From IMG/VR virus record IMGVR_UViG_3300044805_000178, positions 1 through 59,258 of that record: 59,258 bases of DNA. One strand, given 5' to 3'. This document shows positions 44,605 to 53,033 of the stretch, piece after piece. The DNA comes from a virus. Its lineage: Duplodnaviria > Caudoviricetes. The translations under genes and the position numbers were made by a program. The stretch's first letter is position 1. Each line of letters opens with the position of its first letter. A model generated the notes under the pieces. The model had not been told where the DNA came from. It saw only the letters and a program-made list of their open reading frames with translations, and ran no database searches.

Positions 44605-44770
44605 CAAAAAGAAAACCCCGGCTCACGTTGTTGCCGGGGCAGCGCTCACATTGCGGGTTTTGAAAAGCTATTCCCTACCACAGTCCAGCTTCTTTACCAG
44701 TGAGTCGAAAGGGTCGCCAGTCGCGGGAAAAGGAGGGAAACCCCACTGGCCCTACCTTTTTAAAGGGTAG
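44605..44770 (-). ncRNA. Candidate sRNA/attenuator with an anti-SD loop and terminator
   Basis: Hairpin GCCAGT..ACTGGC with a CCCUCCUUUU loop; CCCCGGC/GCCGGGG plus U tract. Confidence 0.4.
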
Positions 44771-44975
44771 CTACCTCAACAGCATGGATCTCATCTTCAG
44801 TTACAAGATGGCGGGTGATTACCATGTTATTATATGGGTCTGCCACCGAAACAAAATACGCAAGAGCATTGTCAAGGAAAGTCACCTCTCCAGTCACCTT
44901 GCCGACCGGATGATTCTTTTTCCCAGTTGGGTCAATCACAACAAGCTGACCGTTTTTGAATTTATGTCCAGACAC
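44760..44975 (-). CDS. Hypothetical protein
   Basis: SD AGGAG; SH3-like start HKFKNGQLV. Confidence 0.55.
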   Translation of the reverse strand: MSGHKFKNGQLVVIDPTGKKNHPVGKVTGEVTFLDNALAYFVSVADPYNNMVITRHLVTEDEIHAVEVATL

Positions 44976-45019
44976 ATTTCTCTCCTATATTACTTTGTCG
45001 AGGATATGTAGAGACCCCG

Positions 45020-45277
45020 TTAAAACGGGATCTCGTCTTCGAGTTCCCGCTTCGGTGCCGGGGCGGGGGGCTGCTCACGCGGAGCATCCTTCAGCCTCAC
45101 AGAGCCCGAAAGAAACTTCTCCCCGCCGCTCTTCGGCTGAGTGGACCAAGCGTTTATCCAAAACTCGCGTCCGTTCTCGTCTGTGAAGGTGCCGTTAAAG
45201 TCGGCATCCTGCTTGCCTTCACGCTTCTTCGTGTTGCGGAACAGTGTAAACCTGTTCTTGTTGTCGTATTCAGCCAT
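45020..45277 (-). CDS. Putative single-stranded DNA-binding protein
   Basis: LFRN..K....DFNG..W..AW..FLSGSV; acidic tail EDEIPF; next to the SSAP gene. Confidence 0.7.
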   Translation of the reverse strand: MAEYDNKNRFTLFRNTKKREGKQDADFNGTFTDENGREFWINAWSTQPKSGGEKFLSGSVRLKDAPREQPPAPAPKRELEDEIPF

Positions 45278-45491
45278 TCTTATCTCCTTGTATCTCAAGT
45301 TTCCTAGAGGTGAACGCCAATCGTATCACCTCATAAATTTCTGGCTTCACCTTCTTTGCCCAATCCAACATATTGGCATTGGCCTTCCAGTAGTCAACCA
45401 GACATTCGACATTCCTCGGTATGATCAAGGCAAAAAGCATAAGCGCCGCCCATGCTTCCCAGTCGAATTCCTTCGCCTCCTCAGAGGACAA
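45270..45491 (-). CDS. Small helical protein downstream of ERF (start uncertain)
   Basis: LVDYWKANANMLD..PEIYE..F. Confidence 0.5.
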   Translation of the reverse strand: MSSEEAKEFDWEAWAALMLFALIIPRNVECLVDYWKANANMLDWAKKVKPEIYEVIRLAFTSRKLEIQGDKNG

Positions 45492-46107
45492 TACCTCCGT
45501 TCGTTCCGCCCGGAGACTCACCTCTAGCTTGAGGTCCTCCAGTGGCAGCACGACCTCCGGCGGATTGTCCCCCACCATTGGGATTCGTCGCCGCGTTGCC
45601 ATCGTCATCCTCTTCGCTTGCAATACCAGCAATTGCGCTTAGTGTGTAGCGCCTTGCATAAGAAATTGCTGAACCAATCTTCTGCATGTTTGTGGTGTCG
45701 TTTGGAAGAGGGAATGAGAACTTCATCTCCCCTCCGCTTTCGTGGAGAAGAAAGGTTTCGAGAACAAACCCGCTGAACCCGTCGTTGTGGGGGGCTTGAA
45801 TAATTGCAATCCCGTGCTTGCTGAAGATTGGGATGATCGCATCCCGCACTGCGGAAAGATCCGCATACTTGCTACGGAAATGCGGGTTCACCTTATTCAT
45901 CACCACGTTCTGGCATTCAGCCTGAGCCTTCGCCAGAGCCCTGTACAAGACTCCCTTGCCATTGCCGACAATATCCTGCCACGAGGCAGTAATTTCCGGC
46001 GCATCGTATTGGAGATCCGTGTCGATGCTCAACGTAGTGTCCGGGGTTGAGCCCTCTACTTTCTCCAAGCTCTTTGGCGGCTCTTGTCGCGTCTTCTTGG
46101 TTGTCAT
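45481..46107 (-). CDS. ERF family single-strand annealing protein (start may be TTG 45948)
   Basis: ALAKAQ, NPHFRSKYADL, HESG, QKIGSAISYARRY, EDDDGN. Confidence 0.92.
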   Translation of the reverse strand: MTTKKTRQEPPKSLEKVEGSTPDTTLSIDTDLQYDAPEITASWQDIVGNGKGVLYRALAKAQAECQNVVMNKVNPHFRSKYADLSAVRDAIIPIFSKHGIAIIQAPHNDGFSGFVLETFLLHESGGEMKFSFPLPNDTTNMQKIGSAISYARRYTLSAIAGIASEEDDDGNAATNPNGGGQSAGGRAATGGPQARGESPGGTNGGIVL

Positions 46108-46837
46108 AAAGCTTTACCGCGCTTTTGCGGCCCTCTTTCATAAGAGCCCAGATCTCGCCTCGGACCCAGCGCTCTTCATCAGTGCAATAAACGAGTGGTT
46201 CGCCGCTGTCAACAGCTTTTTGTGCCGACTGATGCAGCAATACGCGCCCCTCAACAAACGCTTCTTGCTGCTCGAACGTCCATAGCGGAACATCAACAAC
46301 GGCGATTTGTGATTGCGGGTAGTCTGGCTTGAGTTCGGCTTGCTTCCTCACCCAGTCCCGAAGGATGGCCACGATCTTCAGGCTTCTCAGCCTCCGACCA
46401 TGATTCTTATAGGCGAGGTATGCGTAGCAGTTGAGTTGCTGTTCCCACTCAGGCTTGTCAGACTGAACCGAATACACCGATGTGATCTTGTAGTCGTTGA
46501 TTTCCCATGTGCCATCGCCATTATCGATTTGCACATCCACGGCACCACTGATCTTCCAACCCCTTACCACATCGAAGAGGCGCTCTTCAAGGTGGTAGTG
46601 GGGGAGATCTTTTGATCCCTTTTCGAGGATCTTATGGACCGCAGTGCCGAGCAATGCTGGCACTCTGTTAACCACATCAACCTCAAGGTTGTGTTCGTTT
46701 ACACTCTGGAGTATTACAATCCGGGGTGGAGAAATCAACTGAGTCACAGAGAGAACGGAATCTCCCTTGTCATACTCATCGTCCTGAACTGCCCTGACGA
46801 TGGTCTCAGGGACGCCGTGCTTGTTTGTGATCCTCAT
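45917..46837 (-). CDS. Cas4-like/PD-(D/E)xK exonuclease
   Basis: SVTQL, GTAVH, ISGAVD, DYK, QLNCY; C-terminal RC..YC....C. Confidence 0.82.
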   Translation of the reverse strand: MRITNKHGVPETIVRAVQDDEYDKGDSVLSVTQLISPPRIVILQSVNEHNLEVDVVNRVPALLGTAVHKILEKGSKDLPHYHLEERLFDVVRGWKISGAVDVQIDNGDGTWEINDYKITSVYSVQSDKPEWEQQLNCYAYLAYKNHGRRLRSLKIVAILRDWVRKQAELKPDYPQSQIAVVDVPLWTFEQQEAFVEGRVLLHQSAQKAVDSGEPLVYCTDEERWVRGEIWALMKEGRKSAVKLYDNQEDATRAAKELGESRGLNPGHYVEHRHGSPIRCAGNYCLVAGYCRQWQGSLVQGSGEGSG

Positions 46838-46851
46838 AGTGTTGGGGATAC

Positions 46852-47220
46852 ATGAGTGCCGTAGACAAGTCAATAATCACCTTCACCATATTCGGGGAAC
46901 CAGCGTCGAAGTCAAATGGCCGACGATGGACGGGGAAATTTCTCATCAAGTCAGAGAAGGCCCTGAACTACTCCGATATGTTTAAACAGCAGTGCCCCGT
47001 GCTTGATACCCTGATGGATGGGGATCTCCGCGTCACGATGAAGATATGGTATGCCAGCCGCAGGCCAGACCTAGATGCAAGTCTGATCTTCGACCTGATG
47101 CAAGACTGCATCTATAAGAATGATCGCGCCGTTAAGGAACAGCATCTCTACTGGGGCCTTGACAAAAACAATCCTCGCGCCGAAATCACGGTCGAGAAGA
47201 TCCATGCGTTAAACACATAG
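46852..47220 (+). CDS. rusA: RusA-like Holliday junction resolvase
   Basis: GEPASKSN, RPDLD..LIFD, IYKNDRAV, DKNNPRAEI. Confidence 0.85.
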   Translation: MSAVDKSIITFTIFGEPASKSNGRRWTGKFLIKSEKALNYSDMFKQQCPVLDTLMDGDLRVTMKIWYASRRPDLDASLIFDLMQDCIYKNDRAVKEQHLYWGLDKNNPRAEITVEKIHALNT

Positions 47221-47225
47221 CTGCT

Positions 47226-47564
47226 ATGCAAAAAGAAGAAAGCATCTACGCTGCCCTATTTGATCAACCCGGCACATCCCTCACGAACGAACGAATCCTC
47301 TGGCTGCATGTTCTGGCGCAGGCTCTCATTGATTGTTCTGTAAACAACCTAGAGGTGAGGCAGGAAGCCGTAAGTTGGGTGGGAACCCCGGACTTTGACG
47401 AGGTATGCAGTTTTGCTGGGGTGGATACTCCTTTTATGCATAGCTTATTCCAGTCGGTTATGAGTGAGAGAAGCAGCAAGCGTGCATTCAAAAAAGCCAT
47501 GCAATTCAGGTTCTTAGTGAGAACCTACATCGAAAACAACATGGGTTTTGCCGATAAGCTGTAG
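47226..47564 (+). CDS. Hypothetical protein
   Basis: LW.HVLAQALID..EA..W..DF.EVC.FAG. Confidence 0.7.
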   Translation: MQKEESIYAALFDQPGTSLTNERILWLHVLAQALIDCSVNNLEVRQEAVSWVGTPDFDEVCSFAGVDTPFMHSLFQSVMSERSSKRAFKKAMQFRFLVRTYIENNMGFADKL

Positions 47565-47566
47565 GC

Positions 47567-47596
47567 TTGCATATCTTGAGTGCCGTGTGATATGGT
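47567..47596 (+). promoter_or_regulatory. Putative sigma70 promoter
   Basis: TTGCAT-N18-TATGGT with a TG extension. Confidence 0.45.
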
Positions 47597-47597
47597 T

Positions 47598-47925
47598 GAG
47601 GTTCCGGTGCTTTGGCCACTTCGGCACTGGTCGGCCCTGCTGGTTGGCAACTATGCTGGCAGGTAAACCGTAGCTTCCCGAAAGGGATGGGACGGGCAAA
47701 TGATGGGGGTTGTTAGTGAAGAGCGACAACCCTACGCAAATGAGGAATACTCTCTCGCATAGCCGCCTAAATTGCGGCTCCGGTAACGGATAGAGAAACA
47801 TCCTGAATTGCAGTTTGCCTTAGTTGCCTGTTGTTCGTGCCGAAGCGGCTCGTCCGGACAGAATTCCAGCTACCAATCCTGCGGATTAACTTCCGTGGGA
47901 AGTGGTAGCTGTTGCCCGAAACCTC
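47598..47925 (+). ncRNA. Large (~330 nt) structured non-coding RNA candidate upstream of the HNH gene
   Basis: Four nested long-range helices plus five local hairpins, two with GNRA loops; G-U pairs favour + strand RNA. Confidence 0.65.
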
Positions 47926-47946
47926 GCTCTCATCGGACAGGGTGTA

Positions 47947-48708
47947 ATGGACATAACAGCTATAAGAGTTTCAGCAAGGCAAATAAAAAGAAACATAGCC
48001 AAGCTTAAGAAGAAAGATCCAAAAACAAAAAAAATTAACAGAGCTATAGAGAAGGCTGAGAGAAATCTTGCGAAGAAGCTCTCTATACTTGATGAGATTG
48101 GTGTATCTGAGAAATTTGAGCGGAAGCCTAGAAAGAAAAAGCCCACTTCATTTGGCTTTGGCGATTACAACAAGTACATAAGTTCAAAGGAATGGGCGGC
48201 GAGAAAGGCCTCCTATTATGAAACCCACCACAAAGAGTGTAGATCCTGCGGCACAGATGAGAAAGAGATTCATTTGCATCATAGGAGCTATGCAAGAATA
48301 TATCAGGAAGAAGATGGCGACCTGATTCCAATGTGTGTAGACTGCCATGCCATGCTTCATAAATTTCAAAGAAGCATGAAGCTTCCAGTTGAAGACGCCA
48401 CAAGAATGTGGCTATCAACAACAAACGGAACATCGAAAAAGAAAAAAATCAGGGCGGCATTGAGAAGTATGTCGTTTAAATCATTTGAAGGTTTGTGGGC
48501 CAAGAGATCAAAGCTTCATTCTTCCCCTGAGCAACATCTGGAAAAAACAATAGAGAGAATTGTTAAGGGTGATATAGGGTCAAGAAACGATCTACTTCAG
48601 GATCATGCCGGGTTCAAGAAATCTATTGCCTTGGCAGGAAGAACGGGTGTAGAGAAATTTTATGATGCAAGGGTTGATGCGCTCATACGCAAGCTTGAGC
48701 GTCAGTAA
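47947..48708 (+). CDS. HNH endonuclease with basic N- and C-terminal extensions
   Basis: YISSKEW..RK, CRSC, HLHHRSY..E..DLIPMCVDCH..H. Confidence 0.85.
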   Translation: MDITAIRVSARQIKRNIAKLKKKDPKTKKINRAIEKAERNLAKKLSILDEIGVSEKFERKPRKKKPTSFGFGDYNKYISSKEWAARKASYYETHHKECRSCGTDEKEIHLHHRSYARIYQEEDGDLIPMCVDCHAMLHKFQRSMKLPVEDATRMWLSTTNGTSKKKKIRAALRSMSFKSFEGLWAKRSKLHSSPEQHLEKTIERIVKGDIGSRNDLLQDHAGFKKSIALAGRTGVEKFYDARVDALIRKLERQ

Positions 48709-48721
48709 AAAGGAGGATCAA

Positions 48722-49012
48722 ATGGCTGACTTAACAGAAAAGATGGCACGAAATATCGCCGTTGCTCTAAACGGCGGTGAGTTTAATGATGGCAAGTGGT
48801 ACGGTGAAGGCCATAGGACTGCATGGCGTAATGCAGTGAAACCTTATGCCGAAGAGATTGAGCAGAACCGTATAGACCTTGAGGAGTACCGCAGGGATGT
48901 TGAACGTCTGAGGGCGGCGCTGGATAAAATATCCAATGACAATTGGTTTTTTATCGAGGATGCGAAGGGTATTGCCTGCGCCGCATTGAATTCAAAAGGA
49001 GAACTACCATGA
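48722..49012 (+). CDS. Hypothetical protein
   Basis: SD AAGGAGG. Confidence 0.65.
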   Translation: MADLTEKMARNIAVALNGGEFNDGKWYGEGHRTAWRNAVKPYAEEIEQNRIDLEEYRRDVERLRAALDKISNDNWFFIEDAKGIACAALNSKGELP

Positions 49013-49197
49013 CAAAACCAAACCCCGGAACCAAAGAAGCCATTGAAGCTGGCTGCATCTGCCCCGTGCTTGACAACAACCACGGCAAGGGCATCCCAAT
49101 CAAAACCAAGGACGGCACTATCCAAACAGGATATTGGATGGATGGCACATGCCCCCTTCACGGGATCTTTGAAACCAAGGCCGAAGATGGGGAGTAA
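49009..49197 (+). CDS. Small Cys/His phage protein
   Basis: PNPG..EA...GC.CPVLDN..G...CPLH. Confidence 0.7.
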   Translation: MTKPNPGTKEAIEAGCICPVLDNNHGKGIPIKTKDGTIQTGYWMDGTCPLHGIFETKAEDGE

Positions 49198-49202
49198 TCC
49201 CC

Positions 49203-50927
49203 ATGAGCCGCGAACAAAATCTTATTAACATAGCCCGCTATGGGCAGCACAAGTATCAGTGCCCTTGGTGTTCCTTCGGAAGGCGGAACAAGAAAGAGGC
49301 ATGTCTCAGCGTCAACCGCGATGACAACAGGATTGTGTATTCCTGCCATCATTGCGGGGTCGAGGGTTTGATACCCATGCGCTCAGAGCATAGGAGATAT
49401 GAAAAATTGGAACCCCGCAAAGATAAGGTGGTAGAGCGCCGCAAGATAGAGGACTTCAACCCCATCGAAGATCGGCATCTTGAATGGTTATCGGAAAGAG
49501 GTATATCCGCCTCCACGGCACTCAAGTATGAACTGGTTGGGTATGACAAGGATGATGAGGCTGTTGTGGGTTTCCCCTACTACGACAAGACAGGGAATGT
49601 GGTTGCGCTCAAGCAGCGCTTCACAGGCGAGAAGAAATTCTTGTGCTGGCAAACCCCGGATTCATTCTTTGGTATTAGGCACTTAAAGAAGGGTGACAAC
49701 ATCTATATCGTAGAGGGCGAGATGGATGTGTTGGCACTCGCGGAGGTTGGCGTGAGGGCCGTGAGTGTCCCGAACGGGGCACCTATGAAAGTGACGGAAG
49801 GTAAGATTGATCCGTCCGAGGATGGCAAGTTTAAATTCTTGTGGGATGCGAAGGAGTATATCGATGCTGCTGAAAGGGTGCTTATTGCGACAGACCATGA
49901 TGGTCCGGGAGAGGCGCTGGCCGAAGAGATTGCTCGTAGAGTTGGGAAGGGCAAGAGTTGGCGCATTAAATTCCCCGAGGGCATCAAGGATGCAAATGAA
50001 TGCCTTGTCAAATGCGGTGCGGCGGCTCTTAAGCGCTCGACCGAAGCGGCCCAGCCTTGGCCAGTCCAAGGCCTCTACGATGCCTTCCACTTCCGGGATG
50101 CGATACGGGAGCTATACGACAAAGGAGCGGGTAAAGGAGAATCGACTGGGTATTTATCGGTCGATGACCTCTACACTATCGTGCCGGGCCAAGTCACAAT
50201 TTGTACTGGAGTGCCGTCGAGCGGCAAGTCGGAATTTATAGACCAGTTGATGGTTAATCTTGCCTCTAAGAGAGGATGGAGGTTTGGCATCTGTTCTTTC
50301 GAGAACGAGCCGCGTTTACACATATCAAAGCTGATGGCGAAGAGGGCGCAGCTTCACTTCTTTGAAGGCCCGACACGGAGGATGAACGGTGAGGAGTTCA
50401 ATGCGGCACTCGACTGGGTTCAGGAGCATTTTGCCTTTGTTTGGCAGGATGATGGTGGGCTTGCTGACCTTGATAGCATTTTGGACAGGCTCCGCGTGGC
50501 CATCCTCCGTTATGGCGTTCGCGGCGCTGTTATTGATCCCTATAATTTTATCAGCAGAGACAATCGCAATCAGGCTGAGACGGAGTGGATCTCGGACATG
50601 CTCACGAAGGTTAAGGCGTTCGCGATGGGGCACGGGGTTCATATCTGGTTCGTCGCGCATCCCACCAAACTACAGCGCGGCACAGACGGGAAGATCCCGG
50701 TCCCCGGCGGCTACGACATATCTGGATCGGCGGCGTGGTTCGCGAAAGCAGACTGCGGGGTCACAGTACACAGGGAAAAGGATGATCCACTGACGGCACA
50801 AATTCATGTGTGGAAGTGCCGATTTGCATGGGTCGGGAAACAAGGCGCAACAAATCTTATTTACAATACGTCAACGACATGCTATGTCGAGCCTGTTCTT
50901 TCAGAGGAAAGGGATTTCAAGCTGTGA
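49203..50927 (+). CDS. Primase-helicase (T7 gp4/Twinkle-like)
   Basis: Zn finger CPWC..CHHC; TOPRIM VEGEMD, D.D..G, KDANE; Walker A GVPSSGKS; VAHP; DISGS. Confidence 0.95.
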   Translation: MSREQNLINIARYGQHKYQCPWCSFGRRNKKEACLSVNRDDNRIVYSCHHCGVEGLIPMRSEHRRYEKLEPRKDKVVERRKIEDFNPIEDRHLEWLSERGISASTALKYELVGYDKDDEAVVGFPYYDKTGNVVALKQRFTGEKKFLCWQTPDSFFGIRHLKKGDNIYIVEGEMDVLALAEVGVRAVSVPNGAPMKVTEGKIDPSEDGKFKFLWDAKEYIDAAERVLIATDHDGPGEALAEEIARRVGKGKSWRIKFPEGIKDANECLVKCGAAALKRSTEAAQPWPVQGLYDAFHFRDAIRELYDKGAGKGESTGYLSVDDLYTIVPGQVTICTGVPSSGKSEFIDQLMVNLASKRGWRFGICSFENEPRLHISKLMAKRAQLHFFEGPTRRMNGEEFNAALDWVQEHFAFVWQDDGGLADLDSILDRLRVAILRYGVRGAVIDPYNFISRDNRNQAETEWISDMLTKVKAFAMGHGVHIWFVAHPTKLQRGTDGKIPVPGGYDISGSAAWFAKADCGVTVHREKDDPLTAQIHVWKCRFAWVGKQGATNLIYNTSTTCYVEPVLSEERDFKL

Positions 50928-51127
50928 TGCAGGATTTAAACAAGGTTATCGCTGAAAAAGATGCCGAGATCTCTCGCCTCCGCGCTGTCCTTCAACGGGT
51001 GCGCCGCTGGGGATCACCAATGGTGAAAGGATATATCGATGGTGCGCTGGGCAGACAGGCTGGAGGCAGTGATCCTCTGGCTGATGATCAAGTGGGTGAA
51101 AATCGTGAACTGGAGGCGCAGGGATGA
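50927..51127 (+). CDS. Hypothetical protein
   Basis: TGATG coupling. Confidence 0.55.
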   Translation: MQDLNKVIAEKDAEISRLRAVLQRVRRWGSPMVKGYIDGALGRQAGGSDPLADDQVGENRELEAQG

Positions 51128-51372
51128 GTGATGAAATGGATGATGATCAATTCGCCCACATGCTCAAGCTTTCAACGGTTTACATCTCAGTCCTCAAGAG
51201 CCGATGCCTGTTTGATGATCTGCAATATATGGACAGATCAGAGGAGCACAACGCTTTAAACTGTCTGGAGATCGTGGCTGACACCTTCGTGGAGATGCAG
51301 CGCAGGATAGGTGTGAAGCCGAAGTTTAGGGTCAAAGCCAGTGCCGCAATATCGGGAGACAAGCATGAGTGA
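51124..51372 (+). CDS. Hypothetical protein
   Basis: ATGA coupling. Confidence 0.6.
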   Translation: MSDEMDDDQFAHMLKLSTVYISVLKSRCLFDDLQYMDRSEEHNALNCLEIVADTFVEMQRRIGVKPKFRVKASAAISGDKHE

Positions 51373-51613
51373 GACCCCCCTAACCATGCACCCGTTTGAG
51401 AGCGCGATTGTCCGCACTCTTGAGGCCGACAATGCCCGCCTCACCGCAGACAACGAGAAGCTGCGTGTGGCGCTGCGTGAGTGTGAGGCGGAACTGAATG
51501 CCTACTACCGGATGGAATATCCGGGCGACCATCCATACAGCCAGCAGGAACTGGCGCAGGCAATGGCGTCCAATCCTGCCACCGTTGCACTGAAGGAGAC
51601 AAGCAATGATTGA
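51365..51613 (+). CDS. Hypothetical coiled-coil protein
   Basis: SD GGGAG. Confidence 0.6.
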   Translation: MSETPLTMHPFESAIVRTLEADNARLTADNEKLRVALRECEAELNAYYRMEYPGDHPYSQQELAQAMASNPATVALKETSND

Positions 51614-51815
51614 GTCTGCGCAGATACCGGACGAGGTGGTGAAAGCTGCTCGTCATGCGTTCTACAACGCCACAGGACCAACAATCAGTGATGATTGGAG
51701 AACCGCTCTCGCCGCAGGGCTGTCAGCGTGGCCGAGGATAGAAATCCACACTGACGGCACTGAGGACTGGATTGAACTGACCCTTATGCAGGAGAATAAC
51801 AATGGTAGCGATTGA
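51606..51815 (+). CDS. Hypothetical protein
   Basis: SD AAGGAG. Confidence 0.6.
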   Translation: MIESAQIPDEVVKAARHAFYNATGPTISDDWRTALAAGLSAWPRIEIHTDGTEDWIELTLMQENNNGSD

Positions 51816-51978
51816 CCCTGCAACGATAAAAGTGCCGGATGCTGCTGCATGGGCGGCGCTGCTGGTCGCGCGCAAGTATGTGTTGGTGCAGTCGTGTGAG
51901 TTGTCTCTCAAGCCGGAAGACGCGGCGAGGGATCTTGATGTTATTGATGAGGCATTGGAGGAGGATGATAATGGATGA
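51802..51978 (+). CDS. 58-aa hypothetical protein (below the ORF-track cutoff)
   Basis: SD AGGAG; MVAIDPATIKVPDAAAW... Confidence 0.55.
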   Translation: MVAIDPATIKVPDAAAWAALLVARKYVLVQSCELSLKPEDAARDLDVIDEALEEDDNG

Positions 51979-52201
51979 TAATGTTGTTGATTTTCCCAAT
52001 GTAAACAAGAAAGATGAAGACGATCTCACCCCTGAGAAGGTGCTGGAAGCTGCCGAAGGGAAGTATGACCAGTTGATACTTGTGGGTAAGGTTAAAGGGT
52101 CTTCGAAATATGAATGTATATCAACGCTTGACATCGAAGAAACTTTGTATCATGTCACGCGCATCCACCATAAGATTAACATGTTGCTCGATGAGATATG
52201 A
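51971..52201 (+). CDS. Hypothetical protein
   Basis: SD GGAGG; DNVVDFP..PEKVLEAA. Confidence 0.65.
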   Translation: MDDNVVDFPNVNKKDEDDLTPEKVLEAAEGKYDQLILVGKVKGSSKYECISTLDIEETLYHVTRIHHKINMLLDEI

Positions 52202-52527
52202 AGGGCTTCCGAAAGGATGGCAGCGTTGACCTGAGAAAGCTTCCTCTTATTGTGGAGAGGAAGCTTCTCAGGCATGGGGCAGACGGGTTGGCAACCCAGC
52301 TTCTCCACAACCACCCTCATGAGCAGCCGCCATATCAGCCAATTTTGGAGATAGATGATCGGCTGGTTGGCAGGGTGAGGCTGGAAACAATTATCCATGA
52401 GGCACTTCACCTCGCTTGTCCTTGGATGCCAGAGATAGTTGTGTTAAAGGTTGGAAGATACATAGCCATGATTGTGTGGCATCTTGAATACCGGAGGGAA
52501 CATGAGGAAGCCGGAAGATATGATTGA
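52198..52527 (+). CDS. Small HExxH metallopeptidase-like protein
   Basis: LETIIHEALH. Confidence 0.6.
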   Translation: MKGFRKDGSVDLRKLPLIVERKLLRHGADGLATQLLHNHPHEQPPYQPILEIDDRLVGRVRLETIIHEALHLACPWMPEIVVLKVGRYIAMIVWHLEYRREHEEAGRYD

Positions 52528-52861
52528 CTTGAGCCACACAATCTCAAGGAAGGATGTTTCTGAACCTTTTATGATAGGGAATATCGACCGCGATAAGATT
52601 TTGAACTCCGCGTCTGACCTGATCAACGGTCAGCGCGCGAAGGATTATGGTGATGCGTTGGAAATGCACCGCCGTATCGCGGCGGGATGGGCTGAGATTG
52701 TGGGGGTGAATGTGAGTCCTGCTCAGGTTGCCTTGTGCATGGCATGGTTAAAGATTGCGCGATTAGTGGAGACGCCGGATCATTTCGATAGCTTTGTGGA
52801 TTTGGTGGCCTATGGTGCGCTTGCTGGAGAGATCCAGCATAGAGATCCCAAAAAGGGATGA
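52502..52861 (+). CDS. DUF6378-like protein
   Basis: INGQRAKDYG..IA..W..VALCMAWLKIAR..DSFVDLVAYGA. Confidence 0.75.
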   Translation: MRKPEDMIDLSHTISRKDVSEPFMIGNIDRDKILNSASDLINGQRAKDYGDALEMHRRIAAGWAEIVGVNVSPAQVALCMAWLKIARLVETPDHFDSFVDLVAYGALAGEIQHRDPKKG

Positions 52862-52941
52862 GACTGGCCCGGTCTTTAGGGTGATGAGGAAATCGTGCTG
52901 CCAGTTAGCAGCGTTTGAAATGCACTTCCCAAAATAACTTA

Positions 52942-52966
52942 GGCCGGGGTTTCCCCCGGCCCTTTT
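52942..52966 (+). terminator. Terminator between the convergent arms
   Basis: GGCCGGGG-TTTC-CCCCGGCC followed by CTTTT. Confidence 0.7.
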
Positions 52967-53033
52967 CATTTAAACGCTGCTTCGATGCCTATTAGGATTA
53001 GGATTGTTAAGAATATGACCAACAAGACAACCA

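Noticed and set aside
47598-47925. Group I/II intron or IscB-omegaRNA
   Set aside because: No interrupted gene, no recognisable P7 or domain V core, and no RuvC motifs in the HNH protein; kept as an unclassified RNA
52862-52940. Hammerhead ribozyme (TGATGAG...GAAA)
   Set aside because: Core reads GTGATGA rather than CTGATGA, and stems I/III cannot be formed convincingly
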